From Lepidodermella squamata (taxonomy: Eukaryota > Animalia > Gastrotricha), in contig JBLDXI010000028.1 in the NCBI GenBank assembly GCA_047495785.1, positions 1,736,001 through 1,800,000 of the forward strand: a stretch of 64,000 bases of DNA. Reading direction: 5' to 3'. Of this stretch, positions 61,445 through 64,000 are shown piece after piece. Numbering within the stretch: position 1 is the stretch's first letter; each line of letters opens with the position of its first letter. The position numbers and the translations under genes were made by a program. The notes beneath the pieces are model-generated. The model ran no database searches and was not told where the DNA came from. It worked only from the letters and a program-made list of their open reading frames with translations.

Positions 61445-62257
61445 TTTCTTATCATAAGCGCGATTTACTTACGTAAGCACAAGATTTCCATATTCCATTG
61501 ATGTTACACGATTAATGGTTTCTCGTTTTGCCGTTGAAGTGCGCAGCGAAATGGTGAACCGTTTCCTGGCAAAACCGTACTCGAGCTAGTCGAAGCGATG
61601 CAGCGTCATTTAGCCAGCCGAGCTCGACAAGTTACTACGTTGGCGAATGCCGGAAAATTGGCTCGCTAAGACTATGAAGCGCACTTGAACAACCCGGGCG
61701 ATACCGCTAATTATCCCGAGTGCTGTGAGCGTGATGTACGATTTTTCACTTCGCTGATCTGCAAGCACCAGATCTGATCCGAGTAGCTTTGCCGGCTTGT
61801 AACAATCCCATTGGTACTGATGACAAAAATGATATATTACTGTCCCGGTTTTGGACACTGATCACCGTTTTCACCGAGCTACTCGCCAAAGCCGCTCGCT
61901 GATCGGGCAGCAGTCAACGAACGAAAGATCCTTGATAATGAAAATCTACACCGAGGGCGATATGCGCTTCGCCCGCGAAATCGTTCGTCGTCTCGCGAAA
62001 AATAATTTGAAAATAATGAATCGCACTACTTATTTTTTCCGAGTACTTAACACCGCTTCAATGGCTCGTGGATGCGACGAAGTCTTGGCCGTAATGCACA
62101 TGGACAATCCGGGTATCAATCGCTCGATCGTCAGCCCAAAGTCGACCAATATTTCCGGATTAAAAGATAGTAACTAGCGTAGTAGTGGCGAATAGTCTAA
62201 GCCACTAGGTTACCGCGATAGTTCAAAAGTTTCATCATTTTCTTTTCAATATTTCAA

Positions 62258-62550
62258 GTGCTGTTGCTTTGTCAAGTGCTTGTAGCCAAATGCTATGCTC
62301 GTATCCTGGAAGGAAAACTCCGAGATAAACTGGTGAAAATCCTTGAAGACAATCAGCATGGTTTTATGAGGAATAAAAGCATAGGCGACTGCACGTTCAT
62401 GTTAAAGCAGCTAATTGAGAAAGTTGTTGAGTTTGATCAATTATTTTTTATCAATTTTATGGACCTCGAGAAGGCATTCGATTTATTAAACAGGGAAGAG
62501 GTATGGAAAGCATTAGAAGATCTTGGCGTGGAAAAAGACCTCGATTATCA
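62258..62550 (+). mobile_element. RTE-like LINE reverse transcriptase fragment
   Basis: KCYARILEGKL..QHGFMRNKSIGD..FMLKQLIEK..FMDLEKAFD..REEVWKAL..LGV. Confidence 0.9.
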
Positions 62551-64000
62551 ACACTACAGCTCGATTTCCATTGGCTTTTTCTAGCTCTTTGCAGGACAAG
62601 CAGCATGCTTAGCGCACGGACGCGCTCAAGGCGCGATCGAGTGCACACGCGCGGGAGACTGTAATTATCTTGAATTTTGCGCAACGAGCCCCAACCATTA
62701 GGAGCGCGCGCGCAAAGGAAACTCCGGCGGGCCGGGAAATGTGCTGAACTTCGCGTTATTAAGCTTTGGGAATCCTGCCACTCCCAACCATTTAACATTA
62801 GCTGAGCGAAATGAGAAAAACTAAAACCTACACTTGTATATGAAAAATTGAGAAATTTTGAAATCTGAAAACTACTCAAGCAACTCGATATTATGTAAAA
62901 AAAATTCGAATCTGCGAACTCAATAAAAAAACAAGATCGAAATACCTTTGACAACAGTCATAGAGGCGGGTGGCTTCATCGCTATCATCAAAGTTATGCA
63001 GTCTTCAGCCATTTCATCATAGCCAAGATGCGAGTAAGCGATAGCACACAACTGAAAGGCTCTCAAAGGCCGCATGACAAGTCGCATGACCAGCTTCGAA
63101 TAGATTATCGCCTCTTCGAACCGATTCAGTTGAATACAGCATTGCGAGGCGTTGGTGTAGAAACGAGTGTCTTCGGGCGGCGGCCAATCGGCTGAGTAGA
63201 TCGCAGATTTGTACGTTTCAAGGGCTTCTTCAAATTTTTTAGCTTCAAACAACTTGTTACCCAGGATTCGACGTTCTTCCTGCCGTGCAGCGACTTCGTT
63301 GACTAATTTCTCGCCACCGCCTAGTTCAACTTGAATTTTCCGGTGCAATTGTTCCACATCTTCAAGAGAGTTGAGCTCAGAAAGCAGGTTCAAAGTTGCA
63401 TCGCCGTCCCAATTGGAGGACTTCACCTTTTCGCCGTACTCAAAGTTACCAAACAGGGTCTCGTATAACTTCATTTTGCATATAAAATACCTAGAAATCG
63501 AGAAATAAGAATAATTACGGGACTCGCCCTAGCTGACAAGCATTTTTCAGCGCTTTTGATTTCGCTGCATGCAAATCCAGGATGTACATGATGCCATAGA
63601 GAATCGAATGGTATGAATTAAATGACCATAAACAAGTGAAAAGAGGGGCTTGGCATCTTTTCTGTATTTGCCAGCAAATAATGGCAAAAAGTGTGTTGAC
63701 TTCACGAGGGACGATTCCTGGAATCCTAGATTTTTTAACCAAGTTTTTCCTAAGGATTTGGAATTTTCAAAATTTAGAGCTCTAGGATGCTCCCATCCAC
63801 CTCGGAAGATGAGAAGCTTATTTCATAGGCAGAAAAGCCGAAAAGGCAGAATTTATTGCGCCACGAATTATAAATTGATGCAATAAAAAACACAATTTTT
63901 TCAAGCGCGCCTTTTTTCGAATTGACCCTTTCTCAGTCAAATTCTCTCAGCAACAAGAGCAAGTTCTCAGGTAAATTTTGAAGCTCATTTTCTCAGCAAC

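Larger units (their letters stand above)
56414..63474 (-). pseudogene. TPR + helical-domain family, copy Y (probably a pseudogene)
   Basis: TPR exon 63474-62946 (GNKLFEAKKFEEALETY..DWPPPEDTRFYTNASQC), exon 60951-60151, a disrupted block at ~57520-57000 (frameshift, stop at 57160) and exon 56946-56414; TE insertions lie between the blocks. Confidence 0.7.

Noticed and set aside
61600-62160. Minus-strand copia RT-like words (FIIKDL)
   Set aside because: Too degenerate to call; noted only as a possible exception to the strand bias.
1-64000. rRNA, tRNA, CRISPR or prokaryotic operons
   Set aside because: None seen; spliceosomal introns and animal-type TEs indicate a eukaryotic nuclear locus.

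Overview
Eukaryotic, most likely invertebrate animal, genomic DNA with short GT-AG introns (mostly about 48-62 nt) and two compartments. (1) From 1 to about 26.5 kb it is gene-dense and enriched for secretory-pathway genes: three multi-domain Kunitz genes with non-canonical cysteine spacings, a pancreatic-lipase-family gene with a very long lid containing a furin-type site, two tandem STELLO/DUF288 C-terminal-domain proteins, a SAM+ankyrin protein, two CD225/dispanin-like membrane proteins, a SOCS-box protein, and an 8-exon secreted protein built from five copies of an unrecognised 4-Cys module plus two dead copies. (2) From about 26.8 to 64 kb it holds decayed minus-strand copies of a TPR + helical-domain gene family among transposon remnants (MULE, CR1, Ty1/copia, P/THAP9, hAT, piggyBac, BEL-like, RTE), almost all of them on the plus strand. 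This half also contains a very young gag-only Ty3/gypsy element with 247-bp LTRs and two intact, intronless, divergent Cys-loop ligand-gated ion channel genes. All gene models were spliced by eye; no database searches were run, so family names come from recalled motifs.
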